Sequence record: PP236086.1
DNA: 64,000 bases
Reading direction: 5' to 3' (one strand)
DNA from: Enterobacter phage ZX14
Positions 1 through 12,608 of the stretch are shown one piece after another (positions within the stretch are counted from its first letter, which is position 1; each line of letters begins with the position of its first letter). A model generated the notes under the pieces. That model did not search any database, had not been told where the DNA came from, and saw only the letters and a program-made list of their open reading frames with translations. Position numbers and translations under genes: made by a program.

Positions 1-676
<676 letters not shown>

Positions 677-693
<17 letters not shown>

Positions 694-1402
694 TTAAAAC
701 CTCGTTAAATTTTTTGAATAGTTCATCAGTTGTGCCATCGTTTTCAATAACAATGTCACGGTCAATAATAGGGAGACCAGCTTCTGTAATATGCTGATCA
801 GATGAATCGACTGTATCAGGACGAACCACATGAATAATTGTGACACCCATCGCCCGGAGAGCTTCGATTTCGTGTGTTTGTCTTACATCCGGAACAACGA
901 AATAATCGAAATCTGAATAAAATTTATCATAATACTTTTCAGCAAATAATTTCATCCAGAACATGCGGTCAATACCATCTACGACAATGTCAGTTCCAAG
1001 GGTCTGCATGAAACGTCGAATAGTCCATGGTACATTGTTATTTATTGTAAGTTTTTCAATTAGATCGCCAATCGAATTACCGCCATCGAATTTGAAATAA
1101 TCCAGACGATGGCGTCTTGAAAGCCAATCAAGAGATTCTTGGAAAAGGTCTTTAGCTTCGTAATTATTCATTACAAATGGGCGTTCACGGTCCCACTCGC
1201 CAATACCTTCCCAATCTTCCCATTGAAGTTTAGGGTGAGCACTTTCATGATTGAACCGACGTTTCCAAGCCTGAGACAAAGTCTCTTTAATAGGCTCGGC
1301 AAGTTGATATTTGAACCCATTACATTCATTTACTACATATTCGGCCAGCGTATCTTTACCAGATCGCTTTTTACCGACAATAGCAATTAATTTCATTTTC
1401 AC
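677..1402 (-). CDS. 1: deoxynucleoside monophosphate kinase gp1
   Basis: 241 aa, P-loop GKKRSGKDT, strong similarity to T4 gp1 throughout. Confidence 0.9.
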
Positions 1403-2004
1403 CTCATAGAAGGATGCATAGCCATTTTACGCCCTTCGAGTCTGCCTTGACCGGCATCATCAATTTGTGGACGACCTAGTACTATATTACCATCTATTTC
1501 TACTGCAAAACTCTTGAAGTTAAATGTAGCCATGCAAGGCACAGCAGGGTCAGAATCTTCACGATAGTTGAACTCAATTTCAGAAAGGTCTGAAGGCCAA
1601 GCACCGTAATAATGAATAGACATAACAATATTCTGTTTTGAGTTATCAAGGATATGAACAGTCACAGCAGAAGGCTGTCCAGAAGCGTGCCAGGCTTCGC
1701 TCTCGTGTGTCATATAGTTGTTTAATGATAACATCCATTTATAGATTTCGAGCCAACCTGAGAGCTCCCTGTCCACCAGGAAGTTAACCATAAGAGGGTC
1801 GAATTCTATAGTGCTTCCTGGAAGTTTAGCTCGAGAAATACCTTGTGTTCCACCCGGTAAATCGCCTACTGGGATATGAATCCCAGGCAAAGTTGCTGCT
1901 TGACAGTTCAACTTAAATGATTCAGTGAGGCCATTATCAGAGACCTCAAGGATAAAGTTAGTTACGTTAGTCTGGTTAAACAGACCGCCATTTTGACCAC
2001 TCAT
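1399..2004 (-). CDS. 3: gp3 tail tube terminator / sheath stabiliser
   Basis: MSGQNGGLFNQTNVTNFILEVSDNGLTE... closely matches T4 gp3 N-terminus; start taken at internal MSGQ. Confidence 0.85.
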   Translation of the reverse strand: MSGQNGGLFNQTNVTNFILEVSDNGLTESFKLNCQAATLPGIHIPVGDLPGGTQGISRAKLPGSTIEFDPLMVNFLVDRELSGWLEIYKWMLSLNNYMTHESEAWHASGQPSAVTVHILDNSKQNIVMSIHYYGAWPSDLSEIEFNYREDSDPAVPCMATFNFKSFAVEIDGNIVLGRPQIDDAGQGRLEGRKMAMHPSMR

Positions 2005-2090
2005 ATTCACACCTTATACGCTTAATTCCCGGGCAGTGTATAATGGTCTTAGGTCTGTTCCATTCAATAACTGGCCGGGATAATAGATTA

Positions 2091-2924
2091 TTATTTACTG
2101 TTAGCCCATACTTTCTGAGCAGAGAAACGCTTACCTTTAGACATGAACTGTTGTAATGGCATCATGACAACATTAGCCCAATCGGCTGGTTTTATTTCAA
2201 CTAAAGGTCCTTTAATATTTCCAGGGATATAAGCTTTAATCATCTGGTCAGCACCTTGGAATCCTTTCACTTTAGTCCAATCAATCTTCAGTTTAGTAGA
2301 ATTCGTGATAGTAGGCGTGCTCGCATATTGCTTCAGCAATTCTTCTAAAAACTGTTGTCTAGCTTTAGGCGGAATGTAGTGTAAGTTCAAGCCATACATC
2401 AAATTATGCTTACCTAACCCAAGATATATCACAAGTGGATATTTGTCCCAGTATGGTAATGTGTCTTTATGTTTAGCGTCATAGATGTAAGCATAAATCT
2501 TGCCAGGTTGTGGCTTAGAAACCTGATGTCCTCTGATACCTTTCTTTAATGTCTCTGTAAACCAACGAGCTGATTTGTTGTTTACTGCAGCGCCTTCATT
2601 AGCAATTTTATCTCTTATGCTTTTACGAAAGCTATTAATCATTATAAGCTGACGTTCGGCTTTGGTCAATTTATTGCCAGGTTTCTTTTCAAGCTTTTGG
2701 ACTTGATGCGCCAGCTTGATACGCGAAGCGTATCGTGACATTGCTTTAGTGAACGTAGCATAATTCAATCCACGTTCATCAGCGAAAGCTTTACCAGATT
2801 GGCCTTTAGCCTTTGCGTTATACCAATCAACACCTATTGCTACCCACTGTTGTTCATTTTTAGTAGGTTTAGCTGTTCGTTCTGTTGATTCGTTGATGAA
2901 AGAAATAATGCTCATCCTTTCCAT
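2091..2924 (-). CDS. 2: gp2 DNA end protector
   Basis: 277 aa, synteny 3-2-4 and size as T4 gp2. Confidence 0.8.
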   Translation of the reverse strand: MERMSIISFINESTERTAKPTKNEQQWVAIGVDWYNAKAKGQSGKAFADERGLNYATFTKAMSRYASRIKLAHQVQKLEKKPGNKLTKAERQLIMINSFRKSIRDKIANEGAAVNNKSARWFTETLKKGIRGHQVSKPQPGKIYAYIYDAKHKDTLPYWDKYPLVIYLGLGKHNLMYGLNLHYIPPKARQQFLEELLKQYASTPTITNSTKLKIDWTKVKGFQGADQMIKAYIPGNIKGPLVEIKPADWANVVMMPLQQFMSKGKRFSAQKVWANSK

Positions 2925-3373
2925 CCTAATTTCTTGAGTGAATTCTCTGTAATCAATCTAAAATTGATACCCATCTTATTTGCTGTAGCCTGAGCAGCAG
3001 TCCATTTATCTTTGTTCACACACCATGTGTAGTATTCATTCATAAATCGCTTTTTAGAAGCTGCAGTCATATTAGCAGGTTGTTTTGGTGGCTGGGTTTC
3101 TTTAGAAGGTTTTACTTCAAAGAAGAATTGTTTACCATCATCAAACTTAGCCCAGAAATCCATAAAGTAACGACGTTTTTTGCCGTCAGCATTGCTAAAA
3201 TAAGGGATAACAACTTCTTCACTGTTCCATTGTACAACATTTGGATGGTTGTCAAGCCATCTCATGAAGTATTGTTCCCATGACGACCGATAGGTTATTT
3301 TCTTCCAATCGCCTTTATATTTCTGTTTGTTAGTTGGAATAAATTTTCCCGAGTAGGCCATAGGGACCTCCAT
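2912..3373 (-). CDS. 4: gp4 head completion protein
   Basis: 153 aa, synteny and size as T4 gp4. Confidence 0.8.
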   Translation of the reverse strand: MEVPMAYSGKFIPTNKQKYKGDWKKITYRSSWEQYFMRWLDNHPNVVQWNSEEVVIPYFSNADGKKRRYFMDFWAKFDDGKQFFFEVKPSKETQPPKQPANMTAASKKRFMNEYYTWCVNKDKWTAAQATANKMGINFRLITENSLKKLGWKG

Positions 3374-3399
3374 ATAAATATTGATATACTTATTTATAA
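3374..3399. promoter_or_regulatory. divergent late promoters (TATAAATA on both strands) for gp53 (+) and gp4-2-3 (-)
   Basis: TATAAATA at 3374-3381 (+) and TATTTATA at 3392-3399 (= TATAAATA on minus) between divergent late genes. Confidence 0.55.
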
Positions 3400-3410
3400 A
3401 TGGAGGCTTT

Positions 3411-4013
3411 ATGCTCTTTTCATTTTTCGATCCTATAAATTATGAAGCCAAAACTATTAAGAAAAATGCGGCCTCATTAACAAAATTAGATGTTCAGCCT
3501 ATTCCAATGGCAGACATTTTCCGTGACTATATGTCATATTTCAAAAAAGTTGCAGCTAACTATAAGCTTAAAACTTATTATATCAGTGGTGCTCCTCGCC
3601 CAGAAGAACTTGCATATCAGATTTATGGCAACAGCCAACTATATTGGGTTCTTTTGATGTGTAATACCACTTACGACCCATTCTGGGGTTGGATTACAGG
3701 GCAAGAGGCTGCATATCAAGCATCTATTCAAAAATATAAAGATGTAGGTGGAAATAAAATTCTTTATCATGTAAACGAAAATGGTGAGAAGTTCTGGAAC
3801 TTAGTTAGTTATCCTGATGCACCACAGACTTGGTACGACAAAGGCGATAGAAATAGAATGTATCCACAATACCAAGGCCCACTTGCAGCCGTAGATACTT
3901 ATGAAGATGCTATTCTTAAAAATGAAGCTAAGCGTGAAATAAAGATTATTGACCCTTATGATATTGAATCTTTTATTTCTAATCTTATCCGTGAAATGGA
4001 AAAAGCCGTATGA
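3411..4013 (+). CDS. 53: gp53 baseplate wedge protein
   Basis: Start at internal ATG with GGAGG SD (MLFSFFDP...), synteny before gene 5. Confidence 0.8.
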   Translation: MLFSFFDPINYEAKTIKKNAASLTKLDVQPIPMADIFRDYMSYFKKVAANYKLKTYYISGAPRPEELAYQIYGNSQLYWVLLMCNTTYDPFWGWITGQEAAYQASIQKYKDVGGNKILYHVNENGEKFWNLVSYPDAPQTWYDKGDRNRMYPQYQGPLAAVDTYEDAILKNEAKREIKIIDPYDIESFISNLIREMEKAV

Positions 4014-5752
4014 TTAATATCAGTGATTCAGTTTCATGGTTCGTCGGTGTTGTTGAAGACCGAATGGACCCTTTAGAACAAGGTCGTGTACGCGTACGTG
4101 TGTGGGGTCTTCACCCTTATGAGAAAACTCAAGGTCCTGTAAAGGGGATTAAAACTGAAGACCTTCCATGGATGTCTGTACTCCAGCCAACATCATCAGC
4201 ATCTGTTTCTGGTATTCAGCAAGCTATTACTGGAATGGTTCCGGGCACGCATGTATATGGTCATTTCTTAGACAAGTGGAAACTTAATGGACTTGTGTTA
4301 GGAACTTATTCCTCTAACTCAATGGTTAAAGCTAATCCTAATGAAGGTTTTGCTGACCCAACAGGACAATATCCACTTTATCTTGGCAATGACACGAACC
4401 CATTAAACCGTGGTGGTATTCCTGGTGATGATTCTACAGCGAATATTATTCAGGACGCTAACCTTGATGTTGGTATTAACCCAGATGGAAAACCTCTGTC
4501 CGAAATACCAGAAGACAATAACCCTGATTATACTATCCAAGCAATGGTTCAACGTGATGAAGGTCTTCGTCTTAAAATATATTGGGATGTGCGTGGATAT
4601 ACCGTAGGTATAGGACATTTCATTGGGGAATTTGCCCAAGGTGATATGGCTGGTGCTAATAAAGCATTAAGTGAACAAATAGGAAGAAAGGTAACTGGAA
4701 ATCCTGGTTCTATCTCAATGGATGAGGCCAGTGAATTATTTAAAAAAGATTTAGAAAATGTCCAACGCGATATTAAAATAAATGGAACTATTGGGCCTGT
4801 TTATGCTAGGATGAACCGTTCTCGTCAGATGGCACTCGAGAATATGGCTTTCCAATTAGGAATAGGTGGTCTGGCAAAATTCACTAATATGTTGGCGGCT
4901 ATGTTTATTGGTGATTGGGTCACCGCGTATAAAGAAGCTAGAGACTCTCTTTGGTTTAATCAGACTAAAGGTCGAGCTTCTCGTGTGTCCATGATTATTC
5001 TTACTGGTAATATGGAATCATATGGTATTCCGGTTAACCCTAATCAGAATCCAAACGGAAGAATGGCTAGTTTTGCAATGCTTGCTGCGACAGCAGCGCC
5101 AGCAAGTGACCCGGCGGACCCATGGGTCCCAGAAGACACTAGAATATTGTTTAAAGAACCTCCTTCAAGCTATAAAGGACAATATCCTTATGTCCAGACT
5201 ATGGCTACCGAAGGTGGGCATATTCAAGAATTTGACAATACTCCCGGACAAGAACGTTATCGCTTAATTCATCCTACTGGAAGCTATGATGAAACTGCTC
5301 CTGATGGCCGTCGTACTATTAAATCAGTAGCTGATGCTTATTATATGACCCAAGCCGATTGTTCTACAATGATTGGTGGTGATAATAAAGTCAACGTTGG
5401 TGGGAATGAAGTCAAATATAATATGGCTGATGTTAGGCGTCAAACTGATGGTAATGAAACTATTTTCATCCGTGGTAATGACACTAAAACAGTAGAAGGC
5501 GATGGGACTCTTCATGTTAAAGGCAATATTAAAATTATTGTTGAAGGTGATGCAGATATCGAAGTTCAAGGTAATGCAAAATCTCATGTTGTCGGAAACC
5601 ATGAGTACACCGTCGATGGTAACTTAACTTGGAAAATTGCCGGGACAGTAGATATTGATGTTGGTGGTTCTTGGACTGAGAAATTTGCTTCTATGAACTC
5701 TGTCGCATCGGGTCAGTATACTATTGATGGTAGCAGGATTGATATTGGCTAA
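4010..5752 (+). CDS. 5: gp5 baseplate hub / cell-puncturing spike with lysozyme domain
   Basis: 580 aa; lysozyme domain (DEGLRLKIYWDVRGYTVGIGHF) and C-terminal beta-helix repeats (VxGN...) as T4 gp5. Confidence 0.95.
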   Translation: MINISDSVSWFVGVVEDRMDPLEQGRVRVRVWGLHPYEKTQGPVKGIKTEDLPWMSVLQPTSSASVSGIQQAITGMVPGTHVYGHFLDKWKLNGLVLGTYSSNSMVKANPNEGFADPTGQYPLYLGNDTNPLNRGGIPGDDSTANIIQDANLDVGINPDGKPLSEIPEDNNPDYTIQAMVQRDEGLRLKIYWDVRGYTVGIGHFIGEFAQGDMAGANKALSEQIGRKVTGNPGSISMDEASELFKKDLENVQRDIKINGTIGPVYARMNRSRQMALENMAFQLGIGGLAKFTNMLAAMFIGDWVTAYKEARDSLWFNQTKGRASRVSMIILTGNMESYGIPVNPNQNPNGRMASFAMLAATAAPASDPADPWVPEDTRILFKEPPSSYKGQYPYVQTMATEGGHIQEFDNTPGQERYRLIHPTGSYDETAPDGRRTIKSVADAYYMTQADCSTMIGGDNKVNVGGNEVKYNMADVRRQTDGNETIFIRGNDTKTVEGDGTLHVKGNIKIIVEGDADIEVQGNAKSHVVGNHEYTVDGNLTWKIAGTVDIDVGGSWTEKFASMNSVASGQYTIDGSRIDIG

Positions 5753-6264
5753 TGGCTGAAATACTTCCTATGAGCACAGACCTTTCCGAAGATATGGAAG
5801 GGTCTTCTATCGACGTCACGTTCACTGCTCAATTTTTAGAAGGCGAGACGTTAGAGTCAATAAATATAATAGATTATGAAGCCACACCAGGCGTTAATGT
5901 TGTAGGCAACCAATTATTTGGTACTTATCGAGATGTTTTTGCACTTGGTGGTGATGCTTTAAAATATAGAACAATTCAAGGTCAACTTCTTTCTGCTGAT
6001 TCTTGGGACTCACTTCCTGGTTCACTAGATGCACAACTTTATTACTTTAAAGCCCCTAAGGCGCTCACTAAGACATTTAATTATGTTGTAGAGTTAATCT
6101 ATTGGTACCAAGCCCCTAGTACAGGAGGGAGCGCCCCTGACGACCCTGTCGTTACTCCCCCAGCAGAGAAAAGAACTATCAGAAAAACTTATTTCAAAAC
6201 TATCGTAGGTAATTGGTCTAGATGGGCAAATCAATTACGTTCGTACGTTTATGCGAGGCCATAA
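5752..6264 (+). CDS. 5.1: gp5.1-like protein
   Basis: 170 aa ORF immediately after gene 5, ATGA-coupled start. Confidence 0.6.
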   Translation: MAEILPMSTDLSEDMEGSSIDVTFTAQFLEGETLESINIIDYEATPGVNVVGNQLFGTYRDVFALGGDALKYRTIQGQLLSADSWDSLPGSLDAQLYYFKAPKALTKTFNYVVELIYWYQAPSTGGSAPDDPVVTPPAEKRTIRKTYFKTIVGNWSRWANQLRSYVYARP

Positions 6265-6266
6265 AA

Positions 6267-6560
6267 ATGCCAGCTTTAAGTTTTAATAATTGTATGACAA
6301 CAGGCCACCAAGCGTGGCCACCAACAGAAGTTTTAGCATCTCAAGGCAAGGTATTTACTGGTGGTATAGCGGTTGTTATAGCCGGGGATAAAATAGTACC
6401 TCATACTGAAATTAAAAAGCCTTATGAGACACACGGTGGTTCTGTTGAACCAAGGACGAGTAAAGTCTTTGTTACCGGTAAGAAAGCAGCCGCAATGGCA
6501 GACCCTATTTCTTGTGGTGATACCATCGCACAGGGTTCACCAAAAGTATTCATTCACTAG
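6267..6560 (+). CDS. 5.4: gp5.4 PAAR-repeat spike-tip protein
   Basis: 97 aa from internal ATG; small Gly-rich protein between 5.1 and 6 as T4 gp5.4. Confidence 0.7.
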   Translation: MPALSFNNCMTTGHQAWPPTEVLASQGKVFTGGIAVVIAGDKIVPHTEIKKPYETHGGSVEPRTSKVFVTGKKAAAMADPISCGDTIAQGSPKVFIH

Positions 6561-6569
6561 GAAAATATA

Positions 6570-8513
6570 ATGGCAGACCAACCTACTAATTTTCAGTTAA
6601 CTAGACAAGTTAACGCAATCCCAAAAGTATTTGTGGGAGCAACATTTGAAGAAATTAAAAAGAACATAATTGATTGGCTGTCGGGTCAAGATGAATTTAA
6701 GGATTACGATTTTGCTGGTTCTAGAATGAACGTCCTTATTGACATGCTAGCGTATAATACTCTTTATATGCAGCAGTTCTCTAATACGGCAATTTACGAA
6801 TCATTTATTGGGACAGCGAACCAACGTTCTTCTGTTGTTCAGGCCGCACAGGATAAAGGATATCTTCCTTCTTCTAAGTCTGCAGCAAAAACAAGTGTTC
6901 TTTTAACTGTCGAGAATGCTCGCCCTGATTACAGTATTAAAATACCTCGTGGGACTAAATTCCTTGCTTATGCACGGGAATCACGAGTTGATCCGTATCC
7001 GTTCGTAGTAACTGAAGACGTTATTGCAATCAGAGATAATGCCGGACAATATCGACCTATTATTAATCTGGCCCAAGGTAGAATTATTCGTACAGAGCTT
7101 TTGTTCGACCCAACACAGCCTATTATTATCCAAGACCCAGATATAGACCGTAAAGAAGTTAAATTGAAAGTAAACGGAATTGAATGGACTGATTGGACTA
7201 ATAAATCTATGGTTCATGCAGGTTCTACTTCTACAATTTTCTATATGCGTGAAACCGTAGATGGCTTTACTGAATTCTTCTTTGGTGAAGGTGAAAGTTC
7301 CCCATCGGTAGCAGGCGGTGTAATGGAAGCTAACTATATCGGTGGGTTAAAACCAACTAAAGAATCTTCAATCGTTATTGAATATCTTCGTACAGACGGT
7401 GAAGCTGCTAATGGTGCAACAGATTTCAGCTATGCTGATACATTAACTAACCTTACTGTTGTTGCTATTACCGAAAACTATGATAATAGTCCTGATTATG
7501 TTGGTGCGGACGGCGGCGGTGACCCTGAAGACATTGAACGTATTCGTGAACTTGCTGTCGTTAAACGTGAAGCACAGATGCGCTGTGTGACCGGTACAGA
7601 CTATGACACGTTTATTTCAGAACGGTTTGGTTCTATTGTCCAGGCCGTCCAGACATTTACAGACCCAGGTAAACCGGGCTATGCATTTATTGCGGTTAAA
7701 CCTAAATCAGGATTGTATTTGACGGCAGTTCAGCGCGAAGATATGCAAAATTATTTGAATGGATTTAATGTTTCAACTATTACACCAAGTGTAATTAGCC
7801 CTAACTACATGTTCTTGAAACATAATATTCGTGTAACTTACGCCCTTAATAAGCTTCAAGAATCTGAACAGTGGTTGAAAGCGCAGGTCATTGACCAGAT
7901 TGATAGATATTATATAGATGAAGTTGAAATCTTTAACCGTGGATTTGCAAAATCTAAAATGCTTACTTATGTAGATAATGCAGATCATAGTATTTTAGGT
8001 TCTTCTGCGACAGTTAGCATGGTTCGTGAAGTATTAAACTTCTTTAAAACACCAGCAGCTGGTATTAAATACTACAATCAATATACAAACCGTTCTGTAG
8101 AATCATCTGTCTTTAAATTCATTCCTACCACAGGAACAAAATACGATGTTAGAATCGTAGCAACAGATAGAAACGCTACAACAGGTAAAGGTAAAATGGT
8201 TATTGGACCGTTCCGTAATGGAGATGTTACAGTTGGAACTCTTTATACGGGAAGTGATTTCAATAAGATGTCTGCTCCTGCGGACCAATCACGTTATTAT
8301 GTGATTGGCGATATCGATTACTATAGCGATTTCATTTATTGGGATATTGCTGCTATAGGATTAACTTCTAATAAATTTGAAGTCCAATCTATCGAACTCT
8401 ATGCAGGTCCTTCACAAGATAATATCTTTACTAAAGACGGTTCATTAATTGTGTTTGAGAATGACCTTCGTCCTCAGTACACTACAATAACAATGGAGCC
8501 AATTGCACAATGA
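6570..8513 (+). CDS. 6: gp6 baseplate wedge
   Basis: 647 aa, synteny and size (T4 660 aa). Confidence 0.9.
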   Translation: MADQPTNFQLTRQVNAIPKVFVGATFEEIKKNIIDWLSGQDEFKDYDFAGSRMNVLIDMLAYNTLYMQQFSNTAIYESFIGTANQRSSVVQAAQDKGYLPSSKSAAKTSVLLTVENARPDYSIKIPRGTKFLAYARESRVDPYPFVVTEDVIAIRDNAGQYRPIINLAQGRIIRTELLFDPTQPIIIQDPDIDRKEVKLKVNGIEWTDWTNKSMVHAGSTSTIFYMRETVDGFTEFFFGEGESSPSVAGGVMEANYIGGLKPTKESSIVIEYLRTDGEAANGATDFSYADTLTNLTVVAITENYDNSPDYVGADGGGDPEDIERIRELAVVKREAQMRCVTGTDYDTFISERFGSIVQAVQTFTDPGKPGYAFIAVKPKSGLYLTAVQREDMQNYLNGFNVSTITPSVISPNYMFLKHNIRVTYALNKLQESEQWLKAQVIDQIDRYYIDEVEIFNRGFAKSKMLTYVDNADHSILGSSATVSMVREVLNFFKTPAAGIKYYNQYTNRSVESSVFKFIPTTGTKYDVRIVATDRNATTGKGKMVIGPFRNGDVTVGTLYTGSDFNKMSAPADQSRYYVIGDIDYYSDFIYWDIAAIGLTSNKFEVQSIELYAGPSQDNIFTKDGSLIVFENDLRPQYTTITMEPIAQ

Positions 8514-11500
8514 CTGTAAAAGCACCTGACGTAACTAGTTTACGAATTGACAAACTTTCTGCCAATCAGGTCAGCATTCGTTGGGATAACGTCGGTGCAA
8601 ACTTCTATTATTTCGTAGAAGCATGCCAAACTCGCGATAATGGGGTCCCTTTAGACCCCTCTAGATATCGTTGGAGAAACTTAGGTTATACCGCAGAGAA
8701 TGACTGGTTTGAAGATACATTCGTATCACCGAATCGCTACTATAAAATGAGGGTGGCCGTAGCTGCTAAAGGATTTGAACAATCTAATTGGGTTGAAACT
8801 GAAGAATTCCAAATGTTTTCTCAAAATGCTTATACTTTTGAGACAATGAGAGAGTTCACATTAAGTACAAAATTTATTAACGAAAAATTTGTTTTCAATC
8901 GTCCTTATATTGACTTCAACCGTGATTCTATAGTTGCGTCTTTAATGGCAGAGAATTTTCAATATTCTCCAGCATTTAATGATGTTAGTTCCATTAAAAA
9001 CTTTATTCTAAATTCAGACCAGTTCCATGAAATACAAGGTCCTATCGAAAAGGTGTGTATTGATGTAGAACGAACTATGCTGGCTGAAATCGGCGACGTT
9101 CTTTACTTATTCGAGCGCTTCCAGCCATTAGTAAAAGTTTCTAACGATAAAGGACAAAACTGGCAATATGTAAAATTATTTACAGACCGTGTTGGTAATC
9201 CTGTTTCAAGAATTCCTTATTACCAATCTAATACCACAACTTATGTTTTAGGTTATGACCGTGTGTTTTATGGGCGCCAATCTAACGATATAAGATGGTC
9301 TTCTGACATTGTTAAATTTAGTTCTCAGGATGTGACATTTGCCAAAATAGGCGACCAGCTTAAATTAGGCTTTGATGTAGAAATCTTTGGTGATTATGCA
9401 AGACTGCCACTGGCCATCTCTAAGATAGCAGAGGCGATTACTGTCTCTGATGACTATATCTATGTGGTCGGGCGTGATAAAGTCTTTAAGGCCAAAACTA
9501 CCAACGCTCCTGTTGATACAGACCCTAACTCACCAACATTCGGTGAGAAGATGTTTGAAACCGGATTTTCTAATATCACCGGCAACCCTAAAGCTGTATG
9601 CTTTAAAATGGATTCTGTTGATGGTAGAGTACTGGCGCTAATCACAGGTGAAGTTAAAACTCTAGGAATGGACCCTACTGTCCCTGCTAATGTTATTGAT
9701 TCTGAATCTAAAGGCGTTTATTGGCTTGACGTTGAAACTGATACATGGACTCGCGTATTTGGTAATACTGAAGAAGAACGCCGTCGTATTGAGCATGGCT
9801 GGACTTCATTAGGCACAGACGGTAAAGAAATATTCTTCTCTAGTAGCAACTTTAAATTTGAAGTAGAAGCTGATTCTGAAATTTCTGCAAAATATCCTGA
9901 TTTAGTTAATTCTGGTGTTAGGTATGCGTATGCAGACGAAAAAATCCATGATAAGCATTACTTAATGATGAGCTTTAGATCATCAGCAGATTCAGATTTT
10001 AAAGAGTTTAAGCCTGGTCGAATGACCTATTATGCCGAGCCTTTCTTTGGTTGGTGCAGAAGAGATAGTGTTCGTTCTTGGATAACTAACAGCAATAGAG
10101 CAATGGTTGTTTATTCAGACCAGCTTTATCAAAAGACTATCGACCCGTATGGCTCAGGTTCTCCGGACAGGATTGTTCATGAATACTGGGAAAAGGGTCA
10201 TGTGACTGTAACTGCTCCTAATATAGAATTCAAAGGATTCAAAAAATACGCATCGGGTATTCTTCTTCATAAAAATACCGGCGAGATAATTGGCTACTTC
10301 GAATTTGACTATCGTGTTAGAGACGAAGCCTTGATTTTCTGGAAGCCAACTGAAATAATGTTTACGGCTGAACTGCAAAACCAAGAACGTGAAATACCAT
10401 GGACTCCTAAAGTAACGAATTCTGAACGAGACCCAGACCTCAGACCACTTCTTACTAAAATGGTTCCTGATAGCTATTTGCTTCAAGATACTAATTTTGA
10501 GAAGTTCTGTGAATACTATCTCCAGTTTATATCCGACGGTTCAGGTACCCAGTATAACAACCTATTGAATCTTATTCGTAACAAATATCCAAGAGAAGAG
10601 GATGCTTGGGAATATCTGTGGTCTGAGATTTACAAACGAAATATTTACTTGTCAAAAGATAAACGTGACGAAGTTGTTCGCTTCTTTGAAGCACGTCAAT
10701 CCGATTTATGGATGACAAAAGGTACAGAAGCTTCTTATAAGTTCTTGTTTAAACTTCTTTATAATGAAGATGTTGAAATTGACATTGAGTCAAAAAATAC
10801 TACTGAATACGATATTATCGTAGAGTCTGATAACATCAATGAAGATGTCGTAGGAACAAGCATTTATACTCCTACCGGACGTAGTAATGTAACTTATATT
10901 GAGCGTGAATATAAAGATGGTAAGCTTAGATGGCGTGTCACTATTCACAACCTTTTAGGTAGATACTTAGTTGGTCAAGAAATCAAATCCGACATAACTG
11001 GATTCAAAGGAATGATTATCCAAGGTGTTCGTGGTAAAGATTTAATGACTAACAGCATTGATTATATCGACCGTAACAGAAGTTATTATGTTATGACGAT
11101 TAAATCTAATCTGCCTACTTCTAGATATCGTAATGACGTCTTAAGATTTGTTCATCCGGTAGGATTTGGCTTCATTGGTATTACGCTCTTAACAATGTTT
11201 GTTAATACTGGTTTGACATTAAAACATGTTGAAACTATATTAAATAAACTTAAAAACTATCGTTGGTCCGATGGAATTCCATCAGAATGGTATGACCGAG
11301 TTGCATCTTTAAATAGCGCTGGTGATGTTAACCGAGACCCTGTTACAGGTGAAGTTATTTACTTGATTGCTCCTAATGCAGGTTTGCCATTCCCATTACC
11401 TTCAGATTATGACTCGGAAAATGATAATTCTATTTTCCAAGGTCAGACTCCTTCTGAAAGGCGCAAAAAACTAAGTGCTCTGTTAGACCAAAGCGGAATA

Positions 11501-11602
11501 ACATTCTGCCAATGGCGTGAACTTGTTGATAAACGTCTTAAAGATGATATAGGTAATCCTAGAGACCCACGTAATCCAACACAGGTAAAAGTAGATGAAT
11601 AA
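8510..11602 (+). CDS. 7: gp7 baseplate wedge initiator
   Basis: 1030 aa (T4 1032 aa), synteny. Confidence 0.9.
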   Translation: MTVKAPDVTSLRIDKLSANQVSIRWDNVGANFYYFVEACQTRDNGVPLDPSRYRWRNLGYTAENDWFEDTFVSPNRYYKMRVAVAAKGFEQSNWVETEEFQMFSQNAYTFETMREFTLSTKFINEKFVFNRPYIDFNRDSIVASLMAENFQYSPAFNDVSSIKNFILNSDQFHEIQGPIEKVCIDVERTMLAEIGDVLYLFERFQPLVKVSNDKGQNWQYVKLFTDRVGNPVSRIPYYQSNTTTYVLGYDRVFYGRQSNDIRWSSDIVKFSSQDVTFAKIGDQLKLGFDVEIFGDYARLPLAISKIAEAITVSDDYIYVVGRDKVFKAKTTNAPVDTDPNSPTFGEKMFETGFSNITGNPKAVCFKMDSVDGRVLALITGEVKTLGMDPTVPANVIDSESKGVYWLDVETDTWTRVFGNTEEERRRIEHGWTSLGTDGKEIFFSSSNFKFEVEADSEISAKYPDLVNSGVRYAYADEKIHDKHYLMMSFRSSADSDFKEFKPGRMTYYAEPFFGWCRRDSVRSWITNSNRAMVVYSDQLYQKTIDPYGSGSPDRIVHEYWEKGHVTVTAPNIEFKGFKKYASGILLHKNTGEIIGYFEFDYRVRDEALIFWKPTEIMFTAELQNQEREIPWTPKVTNSERDPDLRPLLTKMVPDSYLLQDTNFEKFCEYYLQFISDGSGTQYNNLLNLIRNKYPREEDAWEYLWSEIYKRNIYLSKDKRDEVVRFFEARQSDLWMTKGTEASYKFLFKLLYNEDVEIDIESKNTTEYDIIVESDNINEDVVGTSIYTPTGRSNVTYIEREYKDGKLRWRVTIHNLLGRYLVGQEIKSDITGFKGMIIQGVRGKDLMTNSIDYIDRNRSYYVMTIKSNLPTSRYRNDVLRFVHPVGFGFIGITLLTMFVNTGLTLKHVETILNKLKNYRWSDGIPSEWYDRVASLNSAGDVNRDPVTGEVIYLIAPNAGLPFPLPSDYDSENDNSIFQGQTPSERRKKLSALLDQSGITFCQWRELVDKRLKDDIGNPRDPRNPTQVKVDE

Positions 11603-12605
11603 TAGTTCTGTAGTCTATCGTTCGATTGTTACTTCAAAATTTCGAACTGAAAAGATGTTGAACTTCTATCAATCTATTGGTGATGGTGCAAATCAAAACA
11701 CGATGTATGTTACTTTCGGACGCTCAGAACCCTGGGCGTCAAACGAAAATGACCCAGGTTTTGCTCCTCCTTACCCAGTAGATGATGTTGAAGGAATTGA
11801 AGATATGTGGACCCATATGATGGGTTCTGTTAAAGTATACAAGTCAATGCTTGATGCTATTACTCCACGTAAAGATTGGGGTGATATCAGATATCCAAAC
11901 CCACGTAACTTCCAAGTCGGTGAAATAGTAGTTTCTAACAGCGCTCCATATAACCGAACGGATGCTGGCGCTGGTTGGATGGTTTATCGTTGTGTTGACA
12001 TTCCAGACACCGGTACATGCTCAATTTATGAACTCACTAATAAAGAAGAGTGTATGAAATTAGGCGGTAAATGGACATCTAGTATAGATTCTATGATACC
12101 GCCATCTGGGACTCGTGATACCGAAGGTGGTGAAATAATCAACTTAGGCGATGGTTATCTTTGGGAATATCTTTATGAGATTCCACCTGATGTAAGTATT
12201 AACCGTTGTACTAATGAATATATCGTGGTTCCTTGGCCTGATGAAGTTAAGGAAGACCCTGAACGTTGGGGTTATCAAAATAACTTATCATGGCAAACTG
12301 GCGATTATGGTGTTGTGTTTAGAGTTAAGGCGAATACCATAAGATTTAAAGCCTTCTTGGATTCGGTTTATTTCCCTAAATTTAGTTTACCTGGTAACAA
12401 TGGTTTCCGTCAGATTTCTATTATTAGTAATCCATTAGAAAAACGTGTTATTCCAAGCGACCCTAATGTCAAAGCTATCAAAGAATATTACGATGCTGTT
12501 GATTTAGATCGCCATTCCGGTGAAATGATATACATGGAAAATAGACCTCCTGTAATAAGAGCTATGGACCAGACAGAAGAAATTAACATCATCTTCGAAT
12601 TCTAA
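11595..12605 (+). CDS. 8: gp8 baseplate wedge
   Basis: 336 aa (T4 334), synteny. Confidence 0.9.
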   Translation: MNNSSVVYRSIVTSKFRTEKMLNFYQSIGDGANQNTMYVTFGRSEPWASNENDPGFAPPYPVDDVEGIEDMWTHMMGSVKVYKSMLDAITPRKDWGDIRYPNPRNFQVGEIVVSNSAPYNRTDAGAGWMVYRCVDIPDTGTCSIYELTNKEECMKLGGKWTSSIDSMIPPSGTRDTEGGEIINLGDGYLWEYLYEIPPDVSINRCTNEYIVVPWPDEVKEDPERWGYQNNLSWQTGDYGVVFRVKANTIRFKAFLDSVYFPKFSLPGNNGFRQISIISNPLEKRVIPSDPNVKAIKEYYDAVDLDRHSGEMIYMENRPPVIRAMDQTEEINIIFEF

Positions 12606-12608
12606 TAA

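Noticed and set aside
10154-10486. 110-aa minus-strand ORF inside gp7
   Set aside because: Shadow ORF in a conserved structural gene, and likewise the other 60-105 aa antisense ORFs scattered through genes 5-29.
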